A DNA stretch of 57,555 bases from Tubiluchus corallicola (lineage: Eukaryota; Animalia; Priapulida): assembly GCA_030141605.1 (NCBI GenBank), contig JAQGDQ010001171.1, forward strand, positions 1 through 57,555. Direction: 5' to 3'. Below are positions 43,501 to 56,676 of this stretch, one piece after another. A program made the translations under genes and the position numbers. Under the pieces are notes generated by a model. The model searched no databases. It was not told the DNA's origin and saw only the letters and a program-made list of their open reading frames with translations. Positions within the stretch are counted from its first letter, which is position 1, and every line of letters begins with the position of its first letter.

Positions 43501-46500
43501 TTAACATGTACGATAATGCCAAAGCGTTTCTGATAATTAAATAGTATGTTAAAAAGTTAATTAACAGCGAGTGAGCCCAACTTATGATGACGTCACAGCT
43601 GAACATAATTTCCAACAGCATAAACATTGCATGATGTTATATCTATCGTTAATACTTATATCTACAAGGTGTCTATAAAGTCTCTTTACAGTTTTAAAAA
43701 TTTATTACAAAGGCAGTTGACAAGATTTGTTCTAATGTAATCAGTGGTTGCCAAAGTTTTTTTAACTCATTTAATACACCTCTATATGGGCACCATTAGT
43801 TGCACGAAGCACATGAAGACGGTACTTGATTTCTTGCCATGCTCGCTGTAGCATAGCCTCATCAATGATGGCGATGGCATCAGAAATCTTTTGCTTCAAG
43901 TCAGTAATGTCCCGTATTGTTGTTCGATACACGATGTCTTTCACATAACCCCGAGGATCTCTTCCATACTTAGTTCTGTAGTTTCGCTGAGTCTGCACGT
44001 ACGATTTTGTCTCAATATACCATGATACACACTGTGCCTTCTCTTGAGGGGTACCCATTTTTGGGGTTTCAGTTAACACTACCCTTCTACAAACAGGAGA
44101 CCTACATAAAACGCAAAATTTCAATGTGATCTCAAACTTAAGTAAACACTGAATAAAACAAAACGAATCTGTTAAGATATCTTGTCAACTGCCTTTGTAA
44201 TAAATTTTTAAAATTGTGAAGAGACTTTATGGACACCCTGTATTATTAAGCATTTATCTATTATAAGTAACATTCGTGTTTTAGTTATGATCATCCGCAT
44301 ATAATTGCTGGTCAAGGAACAATGGGACTTGAAATAGTCGAGCAAGTTCACGACATTGACGCCGTTGTCATACCCATAGGCGGCGGTGGTCTGATTGCCG
44401 GCGCCGCCGTTGCCATTAAAAGTCTCTATCCGTCGATTAGCGTCATCGGCGTAGAAGCGGAGTCCTGCTCGAGCTTCAAGACGGCGATGGACGCCGGTCA
44501 TCCCATCTACACGGCACCCGCGTCTACGTTGGCCGACGGTCTGTCTGTTCCGGTCGTCGGTGTGAACGCCTTTGTGACGGCTCAGCCTTTGTTAGATAAG
44601 ATCGTGACTGTGAGAGAAGACGTGATAGCCATCACTTTGCTGAGATTAGTGGAGATGGAGAAAGCGGTCGTAGAGGGCGCAGGAGCGACCGGACTGGCCG
44701 CCATACTTCAGGGAGAACTTCCGGAATTACAAGGAAAACGGTATGTATACACTCGTGTCTCGGTTTGCCGGACCGAAGCAGGGAGACGTCGGTCTGAATT
44801 TGCAGATTGTCTGTATTTATCGATACTATGCTAATCCGGTAGGCACCGTGTATTAGACTCATGGTGATGTAGAATGAATCGCCTAATTGTCTCAAAAATG
44901 TCTAGTATGGGCCGCTCCTATGCAAAAGTATATAAAGACTGTCATCAATTGCCTCGAATAACTTTGCATAGCTACACGCTGTCATTACATGCTGCTTGGT
45001 TACACTGACGTAATGATGTGAACAAAGTGACGGCCTATCAACTAGCTCAGCTTGCGAAACAACAGACCAGATTTTGTCCAATTTTTTGCTCATTTGGCTC
45101 TAATAACTCCACATTTTTTATTTTTCCTGTTTAAAGGGAGGCACTTTGTTTAAATGAGGCACTTTGGTGCGACCAATCACCTATTACTATTTTTACTTCA
45201 CTTTTTGCACTATAATATACATAGAAACAATCATGTTATGTAAGTTTAAGTACGGTGTAAACAAAGTGGCGGCTCATCACTAGCGGTCAGCTCATGAAAC
45301 AACGAACTGTGTCTGCAATATGTAGGACTTTTAACGGTCCAGATTTTGTCTGACTCTTCCGATATCCGTAAAAGCAAGGTCCGGCAAACCACGATATGAG
45401 TGTGCTATTATATTTTGGTGTTTGTTCTGATTATGTCTCCCTTTATAGATGCCTTTTAACTACATACGTGTCATCATATTTATTTTCAGTGTCATAGTGC
45501 CTTTGTGTGGAGGTAACTTTTAACTACATACGTGTCATCACATTTATTTTCAGTGTCGTAGTGCCTTTGTGTGGAGGTAACTTTTAACTACATACGTGTC
45601 ATCATATTTATTTTCAGTGTCGTAGTGCCTCTGTGTGGAGGTAACTTTTAACTACATACGTGTCATCATATTAATTTTCAGTGTCGTAGTGCCTCTGTGT
45701 GGAGGTAACTTTTAACTACATACGTATCATCATATTAATTTTCAGTGTCGTAGTGCCTCTGTGTGGAGGTAACATTTAACTACATACGTGTCATCATATT
45801 TACTTTCAGTGTCGTAGTGCCTCTGTGTGGAGGTAACTTTTAACTACATACGTGTCATCATATTTATTTTCAGTGTCATAGTGCCTTTGTATGGAGGTAA
45901 CTTTTAACTACATACGTGTCATCATATTTATTTTCAGTGTCGTAGTGCCTCTGTGTGGAGGTAACTTTTAACTACATACGTGTCATCATATTTACTTTCA
46001 GTGTCGTAGTGCCTCTGTGTGGAGGTAACTTTTAACTACATACGTGTCATCATATTTACTTTCAGTGTCGTAGTGCCTCTGTGTGGAGGTAATATTGACA
46101 CAACTGTACTCGGTAGATGTTTAGAAAGAGGTCTGGCAGCTGATGGACGACTAATTCGCTTCTCCGTCACGGTGAGTGACCGACCTGGAGGCATAGCTGA
46201 ATTAACTAAATTATTAGCAAACCTTGGTGCAAGGTAAGAGTTTTCTATGCTTACTTAGTGTACTATACAGTGTGACGCATTTTTTGTATTTAATGGAAAC
46301 AATATTCACTTTTGAATATTAAACCATAGCTGAACATTGATTATTGAGAAAAGAATGGCTCTCATTCTGAAAATGCAACCCACTAGTGAAATGGATTATA
46401 TTAAAGGAAAGATCAAGCCTTCTGGGAAATGAACCTTATGTTCAATATTCGCGAAAAGTATTAGAAGGATTCAGTAACAAAAGCCTGATAAGCGTCTTGT

Positions 46501-49178
46501 ATAATTGGTAAAATCACTTTAAAGTCTCGATCGTTTCAGGCGCTCCCATTTTGAATTCCCGTTTTTCTACCAATGACATCGTTTATCGACAAAAAAAGCA
46601 ATGCACTGTCAATTTTCGTCAAAAGTCAAATAAATTTTTACGAAAAATCAGATAGCTAATTTTTTATCACAATATTTGCATGAACATTAAGTATGCTGCA
46701 GTAGTTTCAGTTGCTTTAAGCATGTGCGCGTTTATGGAAGACCACAACGTGCTTACAAAAATTTGCTAATCCGTCAGTTACATTATTTTCTTTCAAATGA
46801 ATGGAGGTTAGACTGTGTGCATCGAAATTTATATAGGGGCTGCAGCTTAACATTAAGCTCTGTAGTCAGATTTTTACAAATTTCTTTGTTATATTTTTCT
46901 AAGTTTACGTTACTACAGTAAAGTAAGCACAACATGCTAAAAGTGACTTGTCTTTTCCTTTAAAAAGTTTCTGAACAATGTTTTTGCATAACAGTCGAAT
47001 TTTGTTGTGTAAATTACGTGTGTTGAATATCATGTTAACAGCACAAATCAGGCAAATGGAATGTTTTCACTTGTTATTATTGTGTGTGACAGTGACAAGC
47101 GATTTCAGTGGCATGACAGTCTATACAAGTATGAGTGAGCTTGACAATTTAATTCCGCTTATTCTTTTTCTTGGCAGCTTAAAAGACATTTTTCACGAAA
47201 GAGCTTGGTTAAAGTCAGACATATTTAGCGTTGTGGTAAGTACATAGAAGTTATTCAACCATAAATTTCAAACAATGGAATTCATTTGTACATAGTAGCC
47301 AACATGAAATGTCCCATTGCTTGTGAAACCGAAATTTTGTCAAAAAGTTGACGAAACCAAGTCGAGTAATCTGATAGCCAAAGTGACACATTTGGTGCAG
47401 TTTTAGCAAAAATAACGTAAGATAGAGTTAATACATAACACATAACGTTAATACATAAACGTTAATACACACACATAGAGTTAATACATAACACATAACG
47501 TTAATACATAAACGTTAATACACACACATAGAGTTAATACATAACACATAACGTTAATACACACACATAGAGTTAATACATAACATATAACGTCAATACA
47601 TAAACGTTACTACACACACATAGAGTTAATACATAACACATAACGTTAATACACAAACGTTAATACACACACACATAGAGTTAATACCTAACACAACGTT
47701 AATACACACACATAGAGTTAATACATAACACATAACATTAATACATAAACGTTAATACGCACACATAGAGTTAATACATAACAAGTGATGAACTTGTCCT
47801 AATACTTTAGTCCAGTGGTTCGCAACCTTTTTTGACCCGTTCCCCCCCTAGCCCATTCAATTTTTTTTTAATTTCAACATTTTTTTATTCAATAATAATA
47901 ATACAATCTGTGGTCACCACATTCAATGTGACTCTTGCTCCTGTTGAGAGGACACGATTTTCTTGATGTCGAGGGTTGTGACTGAGAGTGCCACACTTTT
48001 TATATTTACTTTTCCACCCATTCATTCCCCCCCCTGGAGGTGGCTCATTCTCCCCCCCCTCAGTTGAGAACCCCTGCTTTAGTACAATTCATCGTCCAAA
48101 CATGAAGCAAATGCCTTTTTAGTATGATCGTATATACCTTGATAAACTCACAGTCATACAGAACATTTTGAAGAATTCCCATTATTGAGATGACCATAAA
48201 GAATGGCCATAATTACTTCAGAGCTACCATACATAGAAGATTTGCACCATTGCTTATGATGATGATGAAAATGACAAGCCGCTGGGATAGCAACATCTAA
48301 TGTTTTGCTGGATTACTGCTGTATTTACCTGTTTTAAGGATAGATTTCTTTTATTTTAAAATTCTACTTGCTAAATGTCTGTAATAGACGTAATGGGCTG
48401 AATACCAATGATCATAAAAATATTTTAAGTCTATTCTACACAGTGGCGGCTCGTGTATAGGTACTGTGGAACTGCAGCACCCCTATTTTCACTCAACATT
48501 ATTGATAATATTCAATATAATAAATCTTTCTTCTTTAGTTCTTTCTTTATACTTGTACAGAACCAGAGCATGTGAGGGTAGTGCAGTTTGCTTCACAGCC
48601 CAGCACAGTGTTTGGCTGTGTGCGCATGCGGCCATGCGCACATGTCAGAGCCCAGGTAGAGAAAGTACTGTCGCTCACACAGTTTGTTATCAGTTGTCAC
48701 GTGCTTGCTGTGAATGCATCAAGCTTGAATCGTCAATTTAGGCTATTAGTAAGCAAAAAATATTGTTTATTTGGGATTTTATCTTATTATGTGTAAACTT
48801 TCATATGTTTGTTTGTTTATAATTACAATTACAAATTACAGAATTAAAATTACATATTAGTTTTGTCTTACACAGTATTAAAACAATGGCTAAAAAGTTT
48901 CTGAAGCAGTAAGTTTAGCTACGAGCTGTCACTGGTTCTATAATTAACAAGAATTGTGTTGTCTAAAATAAAATGTTGTCCACCTTGATAATTTTAGTCG
49001 TTAATTTTGACATTTTCTTAATAAACAGGTGAAATGTGTAATAGAGACAAGGGATTGGGACCACGCCACGGAGGTTGAACGAACACTTCGTATTCGCTAC
49101 AATAACTTACGCTGGGGCCCCGGAGTCATGTCCGACATGAGTTTGAAAGTTGCCAGTTCACAAGGCTCTTTTAACTAA
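37428..49178 (+). CDS. PLP-dependent L-threonine ammonia-lyase (threonine dehydratase, catabolic TdcB-like) with C-terminal ACT domain, 9 coding exons, ~466 aa
   Basis: Exons 37428-37535 (less certain), 38030-38131, 40192-40308, 42430-42615, 43239-43294, 44285-44740, 46066-46233, 47178-47235, 49029-49178 (TAA). Motifs: TGSFKERG (PLP lysine), ASAGNHA, GYDHPHIIAGQGT, PIGGGGL, CGGNID, ACT DRPGG. Phases are consistent. Confidence 0.92.
38030..38131 (+). CDS. Threonine dehydratase exon 2
   Basis: TACAG|DPWCDPENPRKVTFMDISASAYMIRGGIQRTPCT|GTAAGA. Confidence 0.9.
38158..38736. repeat. 40-bp minisatellite (~14 copies)
   Basis: Unit aatacagagtttgtacaatatataaaatactgatatgta. Confidence 0.95.
39306..39925. 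mobile_element. MITE with TIR ATAGGTTTTACAYGTCAAATGTAGAC and subterminal repeats
   Basis: Inverted termini at both ends. Confidence 0.7.
40192..40308 (+). CDS. Threonine dehydratase exon 3 (PLP lysine)
   Basis: TGTAG|KSNISRL..LQVTGSFKERGARYTL..PE|GTATAA. Confidence 0.92.
40400..40988. mobile_element. Kolobok-like element, inverted copy
   Basis: Reverse complement of 36523-37116; ends cctgtcttcct|ttaa. Confidence 0.65.
41583..42405. repeat. 40-bp minisatellite (~20 copies) abutting the dehydratase exon 4 acceptor
   Basis: Unit gattagttacatataatgcaaatttaacattatttaactc. Confidence 0.95.
42430..42615 (+). CDS. Threonine dehydratase exon 4
   Basis: CCCAG|EQKQIGVIAASAGNHALAMAY..GAHIGE|GTAGGT. 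Confidence 0.92.
43239..43294 (+). CDS. Threonine dehydratase exon 5
   Basis: TTCAG|SREHALRLAKEHNYTYVNG|GTAAGA. Confidence 0.9.
43665..44240 (-). mobile_element. Tc1/mariner internal-deletion derivative
   Basis: ~60-bp TIRs with TA TSD; fused transposase ends MGTPQEKAQCVSWY..GRDP / GYVKDIVY..NGAHIEVY. Confidence 0.88.
44285..44740 (+). CDS. Threonine dehydratase exon 6
   Basis: TTTAG|YDHPHIIAGQGTMGLEI..PIGGGGL..VEGAGA..LQGKR|GTATGT. Confidence 0.93.
44747..45404. mobile_element. MITE (CACTC..CTCGGTTT family) inserted about 6 nt after the exon 6 donor
   Basis: tacactcgtgtctcggtttgcc ... aaaccacgatatgagtgtg. Confidence 0.75.
45454..46092. repeat. 64-bp minisatellite (10 copies) built from the dehydratase exon 7 acceptor junction
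   Basis: Acceptor AG recurs at 45489 + 64n up to 46065. Confidence 0.96.
46066..46233 (+). CDS. Threonine dehydratase exon 7
   Basis: TTCAG|VVVPLCGGNIDTTVLGR..DRPGGIAEL..GA|GTAAGA. Confidence 0.9.
47178..47235 (+). CDS. Threonine dehydratase exon 8
   Basis: GGCAG|(S)LKDIFHERAWLKSDIFSVV|GTAAGT. Confidence 0.9.
47420..47782. repeat. AT-rich minisatellite (gttaatacataacacataac)
   Basis: Direct reading. Confidence 0.85.
47813..48076. mobile_element. hAT MITE
   Basis: CAGTGGTT..AACCCCTG termini; TSD CTTTAGTC/CTTTAGTA. Confidence 0.75.
48441..48934. mobile_element. hAT-like MITE
   Basis: CAGTGGCGGCTCGT / ACGAGCTGTCACTG TIRs; degenerate 8-bp TSD. Confidence 0.65.
49029..49178 (+). CDS. Threonine dehydratase last coding exon
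   Basis: AACAG|VKCVIETRDWDHATEV..SFN*; AATAAA signals at ~50452 and ~50477. Confidence 0.88.
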   Translation: MKCVIETRDWDHATEVERTLRIRYNNLRWGPGVMSDMSLKVASSQGSFN

Positions 49179-49420
49179 TGCAATTTCGTAGGACAATCGC
49201 ACGGACACCGCACATGCAATTTCGTAAGACAATCGCATGAACACCGCACATGCAATTTCGTAAGACAATCGCACGAACACCGCACAAGCAATTTTGTAAG
49301 ACAATTGCACAGGCAATTTCGTAAGACAATCGCACAAACACCGCACAAGCAATTTCGTAAGGCAATCGCATGAACACTGCACAAGCAATTTCGTAAGACA
49401 ATCGCACAAACACCGCACAA
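49179..49420. repeat. 36-bp minisatellite directly after the dehydratase stop codon
   Basis: Unit gcaatttcgtaagacaatcgcacaaacaccgcacaa. Confidence 0.9.
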
Positions 49421-52400
49421 CTAATTTACTGTCGGCAAGTTGTTGTAAACTCTCCAACAATTGCTGCGAGTTGTCCTACTGTCCAGTGTGACATTGACTC
49501 GACATTTTGCAGTGAATGGAGAAATGAGTGTAAGCTCGTGCTTGCATGCCAGAGAGTAATTTGCAGCAACTTTTGCTCTCTAGTCTGAACATACTTGTGA
49601 GTTACTTGGCAAGTTAACTAACTAGTTTGAATTTGCCACAAAGCTTTCAGCTCAGCATTTCATGTTTGCTCACAAATGTATGAGTGCATTTCACTAATGT
49701 TTTAATTTTTCAAATATAATATATTGATTTTCTAATGTTTACCATTGTTACATCAAATTTTTACTGCAGTGTTTCACCACTGTTACATGTAATGTTTACC
49801 ACAGTGTTTTACACTATTACTCCAAATATTTACTGCAGTATTCTGCTATTGTTACTCTGTTTACTGCAGTGTTCTACCATTGTTACTCTATTTTCTACGG
49901 TGTTCTGCCATTGTACCGTTTTCACTCTAATGCTTACTGCAGTGTCTTGCCATTGTTACTTCTAATTTTTACTGCATTGTTCTGCCATTGTTACTCTGTT
50001 TACTGCAGTGTTCTACCATTTTCACTCTAATGCTTACTGCAGTGTATTGCCATTGTTACTTCTAATGTTTACTGCAGTGTTCTGCCATTGTTACTCTGTT
50101 GGCTTGCAACGTTTTAGTTGTGCTTAGGTGCTGTTGTATCTAGTCCTTTGTACGTTAAAGGATTTTTTAAATATATACCATGTCTAGCATTGTTTAGCCT
50201 TTTGGATATTTTTAGCATTTCCCAGGTGTCAATTATATTATTTGAATGCAAATATAGTAAAAAACAGAGCTTCCAATATTACTAGAATACATGTGAGTTT
50301 CTCTAATGTAGTTAACAGTTTATCGTATTGTTTGTTTATCATATCAAACTGATGTATTAATCAGTGCTGTGAGTGTAGTTGGTGCCATTTTAACTAATGT
50401 TCTTTTAGAGTAATTTGAATTTTGAAAGAATTTTATTTTTGTTTTCTATGCAATAAATTTATTATAATGTTTCAACAATAAATGTCTTCTGAATTTAATT
50501 GAAGTGCGTTAAAAGGTTTCTGTCATTGAAAACACTTTGGCAACACGAAATATAATGTTTTAGAATCGGTTATTTAGGAGTTAAAGGCTTCCTACAAGTA
50601 AAAACGTGTGCGCTTGGTTACAAAATTACTACTTAAAACAGAGTAAAAGCAAACTGTAGTTAGGTCAACTTTTCATTTAAGGGACAAGAAAAGGGGCCCC
50701 TGAAGTAGGTTTCAGAAAAATTGCCTTAACAAGTTATACAACTTAACAGCAATTTTAAGCGTATATCACACTCACGTTGAAAGGATTCTTTGTTTGTTTT
50801 CATTTTAAATTTCGCGCAACACTGTTCCGACCGCGCCATTACATGACGACATATACGCATAACGTAAATCAGGGGAAGAAAAGGAAATGTTAAATATATC
50901 CAAAAAGCTTTCCATTCAAAGTTTTCTTACAGGTATCATTTCGTTTACCTGTTTGACTGACTTGTGTACCTAAAAAAGAAAATCATTAATTACCTAAAAT
51001 GTTTTCACAAATTGGTAAAATGTCATTGACTCACCCTCCAGGGTGCACCACTGCCTTACTAAAAAACGTATTCTTACTGACGAGATACAGTAATTTAAAA
51101 TTTTATGCAGTTAGTGACGTGTACGCTATTAATGCTCTGATTATTTTTTCAAACTTTACTCAGTGTTATCTAAACTTGTTTCAAATGACTTATCATTAAA
51201 ATGGCTGTGTTTAACGATCATCGCAGAACTTTAAATTTACATGTTTTATACAGCGTTACTGCCGACGCAAGCCCGTGTGCAAAAAGGCAGTAAGTAAGTG
51301 GTATAAAATTTCAAGACAAATTTTATAAGTTTCATGTAAGTGGAGGGTTTTCTTGGGCTGAATAAAAATATAAGTAAACAGACGTCTATGAGTACGAAAC
51401 TACTATTTTTAACCACTTGCTCGTACTTTTCGGTTACCAAGGAACAGACCAACACTGAGCAAAAAATCAATAAATTATTGATTCGCACCACTTTTTATGT
51501 CGTGATTATATATAGATTCATATTATTTGAATTTTGGTAACTGCAGATGAACAATATCAAAATCAGATCGGATACTGGCCACATTTCACAACAAAGCGAA
51601 TCGCTGTATGTCCTAGGTAAACATTCGATATTATTCACATACAGTAAACAACAACAACAACAAACAATCTATTGAGCTAAACAAACTAAAATACTCCAAT
51701 CAATCATTTGAACAATACCAGTCGAAAACAAAGTTAGTGCTTAAAACAAACAACAAATACTTCTAACACAAAGTCTTAATACCGTCCATATTTCATTTAC
51801 CAACAGTTCTAGCTATAAATTAAATTATGTAGTTACACTTACTGGAAAGAAATAAATGCTACCTGGACACAAAGAACACAGGCATACGTTTAAAGTATTT
51901 TAAACACCTTTCTTAAAACTCTTAAATAATAAAGACTTTTTTACTCTTTATTGCTTTTAATTATTATTATTATTATCTATAACAATAATTAAAAATAACA
52001 AAGAATAAAAAATAAGCTAGCTCCCCTTACATCGACAACAGATGGCAGTACTGGTATTTCGAATGCTTTCCTTAGCTATGCTGCGGAAAACACGCGACAC
52101 CGTTTACTGCCAGACACTAACACATCTAGAAGGTAGCAAAGATTTAAAATTTTAAAACGTATTTTTTTAAATAGTTCATCCTTGGCAGCATTCGTGGTCA
52201 GTTTGCCAAAATTTCAGAGGCCTGGAAAATCTACTTAACCAAACCTGTTAAAATACAAAAAATTCTAAGTTCTATAAGTAGTACGCTTAATTGAAGTCTG
52301 TGTCAGCTTGTGCAAAGATGTGGCAGACACTAATTGAACATACTACTTCTGCACGCCATACTAAAGTTAATTTGGTACATTACGCAAACTAATCAATACT

Positions 52401-53415
52401 AAAATTGCAATACTAGTGTGCAATTAATACACAACAAAAAATACATATACACTACTAATCTTAAAGCATTGTATTTGCATATTTGCAGTGCATTATTATT
52501 ACACTGTGCAAATGCATTATATCACAGTACAAATACTCAGTGCATTGTTATTACATCACAGCATAAAATACTAGCAATCTTAAGTGCATTGCATTTCTAG
52601 CGCACTGTTATTACACTGCAACTGCATTGCATCACAGCACGAAATACCAATACTAGCAATCTTAAATGCAATGCATTTGCAGTGTGCTGTTATTACAATG
52701 CAACTGCATTGCATCACAGCAAGAAATACCAATACTAGCAATCTTGGATACATTGTAAGTATAGATTATAACTAAATGTTTTGTGTATCTCATCACAGAA
52801 CATTTTCACTTTTGCTTGCATGTAGGCATATCAAATTATTGACTAATTCAGTTTAAATTAATCCTAATTTCTTAATACTAATAATCCGTGTCTTGCTACA
52901 TTAATATAATAATAATAGCTATATAATTTTTCTGCAGGCCCGATGAACTAATTATACCTTCTAATATGTAAGGGGAGTTATAAATGACCACTTGGTCCTC
53001 ACACAAACCAAATTTGCCCATTGATAATATTACTTTTCTAAGTGTGTTCTGTTTCATGCGTGAAATAAAATATCATACATTTTCCAGTACATAATAACAT
53101 AGCAGTAAAAGTAGTACCTAAACAATGACAATCTAGTCGGATACTCGTATTAAAAAAATCATATATTAAGACTTTCTAGAAACAGATTAATGCGAATAAA
53201 TGCAACTCTTTTAATTAAATAGATATAATTGCACAAACAATAGAATAATCTCCTACGTACAAGCATGCGCATTTTCACCATTTTACTGCATTCCCTCCAC
53301 TTGGCGGCCATCACCTGAAATAAACCCAACTCCAAAATCACGAGAAAAACATCAATTGCAGGTGAAAGTTGAAGAACAAACTTTTAATAAGGGCAGGTGC
53401 TCTGGACAGGGTAGT

Positions 53416-53822
53416 GGCGCATTCACACTAGCGATTTTGTCACTGACATCAAACTTGCAAGTGTGAACTGCTTTGCAAGTTACTGTCATTGCACACGTTG
53501 TTGTGAGTTGATTTCCTAGAGTTACTGTCTAGTGTGAACGCCTTGACGAGTTACTCTCGACACTTCTCGCAGTGAATAAAGAATTCACAGTTAGCTCACG
53601 CTTACTGTCAGACAGTAACTCTCAGCAAGTTTTAGTACTCTAGCCTGAATATGCTTGCAAGTTATTCTCCGAGTTACTCTCGACACTTCTCGCAGTGAAT
53701 AGAGAATTCACAGTCAGCTCGCGCCGCTTACTGTCAGAGAGTAACTCGCTGCAAGTTTTGCTCTCTAGTCTGAACACACTTGCGAGTTACTTGGCAAGAA
53801 AACTTGCTAGTCTGAATGCACC
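53416..53822. mobile_element. PIF/Harbinger-like MITE
   Basis: GGCGCATTCACACTAGC / GCTAGTCTGAATGCACC TIRs; related sequence at 49420-49695. Confidence 0.65.
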
Positions 53823-54911
53823 GTAAGACGACAAACAAACAATAGTTAATGAACTGTATACCATTTTATAAGCACCGGTTTCATTAAGCCACTTTCACAC
53901 ACGACTAGTTTGAACAATATGAACAACACAAAAAGCTCAAGTATAAAAATAATAGGTAATACTGACCTGTCACCAAACGAGAACAAATCCAAACTTAAGA
54001 CGTAAAATACTTGCATCTTACACACAATTGTGTTATCACATTTAAACAAGTCTTAACATGCCATCAAAAACCATTTTAACAGCAGTGGAATTCAAATTTT
54101 CAATTCTTATTTACAATAGCAAAACATATAAAGCATTGTCGTATATTACACGATACTATAATATGCCTTTTCACAGTTTCGTCCTATGCGCGCGCAGTTC
54201 CTGTAGGTCGAAGGTTAAATGTACCACAGCAATGCGTCAACTATAACTGTCGTGTGACGCGTGGTAAAGCACGAGACATCTGCTGCATCAGTTCAGTAAC
54301 ATCAGTTGTTTTGCGTGGACTTTACCTAATTATGCATTAGTATGTGCACAGAGTGATTTAATAGCAGGATCTTGCTTGGGAACAGGAAAAAATGAACTAG
54401 GTAAGGTTCTAGTTCGCTGTTAAAACTGTTACTATTACAATAGCATGGGCTGCGAGACGTTGTCAAGTGTACAGAAATGCATTGTCTGGTACACTTAACC
54501 TTTGACCTTTTCACGATCATCATCATCAATCGCTAGAACTGTGAAAAGACTTATTCACAGAAATGCTAAGACGCATTTACTTATGTATCCAGAATGGCTG
54601 GCAATGATAAGTGCAGTTCACACGGCTGTTATTGTTGGACATGTGTGGACCATGAACACGACATACCTACTTTCAAACTTGCTGTCATCTATTCCATTGC
54701 CACACATCCTGGACACATGTTTGCAAGTAATTACATTAAAAACGCACATTACAGTTGAAAACTGAATTACCGTGTATGTACAATTAGCAAATAACTAAGT
54801 TGTCACTTGCTGTGCTACTTAATTTACGTACGCACTTGAAATTAAAATGGCCAATTAAAATGACTGAGCAGAATTACTGAGCAAGTACAAAACTAATAGA
54901 CGTATCATTAA

Positions 54912-56445
54912 AGCTACGACTCCATGTGCACGTGATGCGTGATCTGTGATCCATAATGCGTGATCTGTGATCCATAATGAGTGGCGCGTGATCTGTGATC
55001 TGTAATACGTGATGCGTGATCTGTGATCCATAATGCGTGATGCGTGATCTGTGATCCATAATGAGTGACGCGTGATCTGTGATCCATAATGAGTGACGCG
55101 TGATCTGTGATCCGTAATACGTGATGCGTGATCTGTGATCGATAATGCGTGATGCGTGATCTGTGATCCATAATGAGTGACGCGTGATCTGTGATCCATA
55201 ATGTGTGGCGCGTGATCTGTGATCTGTAATACGTGACGCGTGATCTGTGATCCATAATGAGTGACGCGTGATCTGTGATCCATAATGAGTGACGCGTGAT
55301 CTGTGAGCCATAATGTGTGATGCGTGATCTGTGATCCATAATGAGTGACGCGTGATCTGTGATCCATAATGTGTGGCGCGTGATCTGTGATCCGTAATGT
55401 GTGGTGTGTGATCTGTGATTCGTAATGTGTGATGCGTGATCTGTGATCCGTAATGTGTGATGCGTGATCTGTGATCCGTAATGTGTGATGCAAGATCTGT
55501 GATCCATAATGTGTGATGTGTGATCTCTGATCCGTAGTGTGTGATGTGTGATCTGTGATTTGTAATGTGTAATGCGTGATCTGTGATCCGTATTCTGTTA
55601 TGCGTGATATGTGATCCGTAATGTGTGATCTGTGATCCATAATGCATTGATGCGTGATCTGTGATCCATAGTGCGTGATCTGTGATCCGTAATACGTGAT
55701 GCGTGATCTGTGATCCATAATGTGTGATCTGTGATCCATATTGCATTGATGCGTGATCTGTGATCCATAATGCGTGACGCGTGATCTGTGATCCGTAATG
55801 CGTGACGCGTGACCTGTGATCCATAATGTGTGACTGTGATCCATAATGCGTTGATGCGTGATCTGTGATCCATAATGCGTGACGCGTATTGACTGTTTCC
55901 ATGTGTCCGTAAACACTACGTGTTTTAACAAAGCTGGAGGCACACTTTTCGCCATCTTTGCTAGCTGCTCGCGAAAATTGAAAGCAATAATTTTTGGAAA
56001 CCACGTCTCCGTTGAAATTTAACTGTGATAATTACAGCTGCGGCATTAGCTTATTACTGTACTATTAGATGGAAAAGAAAGCACAAGTTTTAGATGCACA
56101 ACATTTTGCAGGGGAGAGAACAATATGGCAAGTATCATCATTTAGTGAGAGAACTGCAGTCAGATGCACAACACATAACTACGTGCTTCTTCCATCTCTC
56201 AAAAACTCATATAGAAAAAATATTATTGTTTGTTGGTCCTAAAGTGACCAAAACTCACCTAACTAGAATTTTCAGAAAGTTGAACAGCAAAAATGATCAC
56301 CGGAAACTTAGAAACTCGCTATAATCACCTAGGCAACGGCGGTTTCCCGTCTGCATGATGCATATTCGGACGAAAGTGATCACGTTCGTATGAATGTGGA
56401 TCACGCATTACGGATCATGCATTATGTACACATGGAGTCGTACCT
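54912..56445 (+). mobile_element. Harbinger non-autonomous element with internal minisatellite (54930-55890) and transposase remnant (~56090-56340)
   Basis: TIR AGCTACGACTCCATGTG / CACATGGAGTCGTACCT, TAA TSD; HNILQGREQYGKYHHLVREL..FFHLS..LL.FVGPKV resembles Harbinger/ALP1 N-terminus. Confidence 0.8.
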
Positions 56446-56676
56446 TAAATCCTAATTTGTTAAGTGGAATTTAGTGCATACCGTAGCAAAGAATTTTGCG
56501 AAATCGTTTCATGTGCATTTTTGAAGCTTATTTGATTGCGTAGTAGCAATGTCATAACGCCATTTTCTATTATAGGACGGATGTGCATAGTATGTGCTTT
56601 AATTAAACCAAAGGTTGTTGTTCCTGAATGGTCTCAAGAATCTGTAGTTGAACAACCTGTAGTGATGGGCAATTAA

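Noticed and set aside
44208-44501. 97-aa minus-strand ORF
   Set aside because: Antisense shadow of dehydratase exon 6.
37428-49178. Recent bacterial horizontal transfer of tdcB/ilvA
   Set aside because: Eight canonical introns, and ACT-type threonine dehydratases are known from many animals.
54855-56004. 366- and 376-aa His/Thr-rich ORFs
   Set aside because: Open in all three minus frames of a minisatellite inside a Harbinger element.
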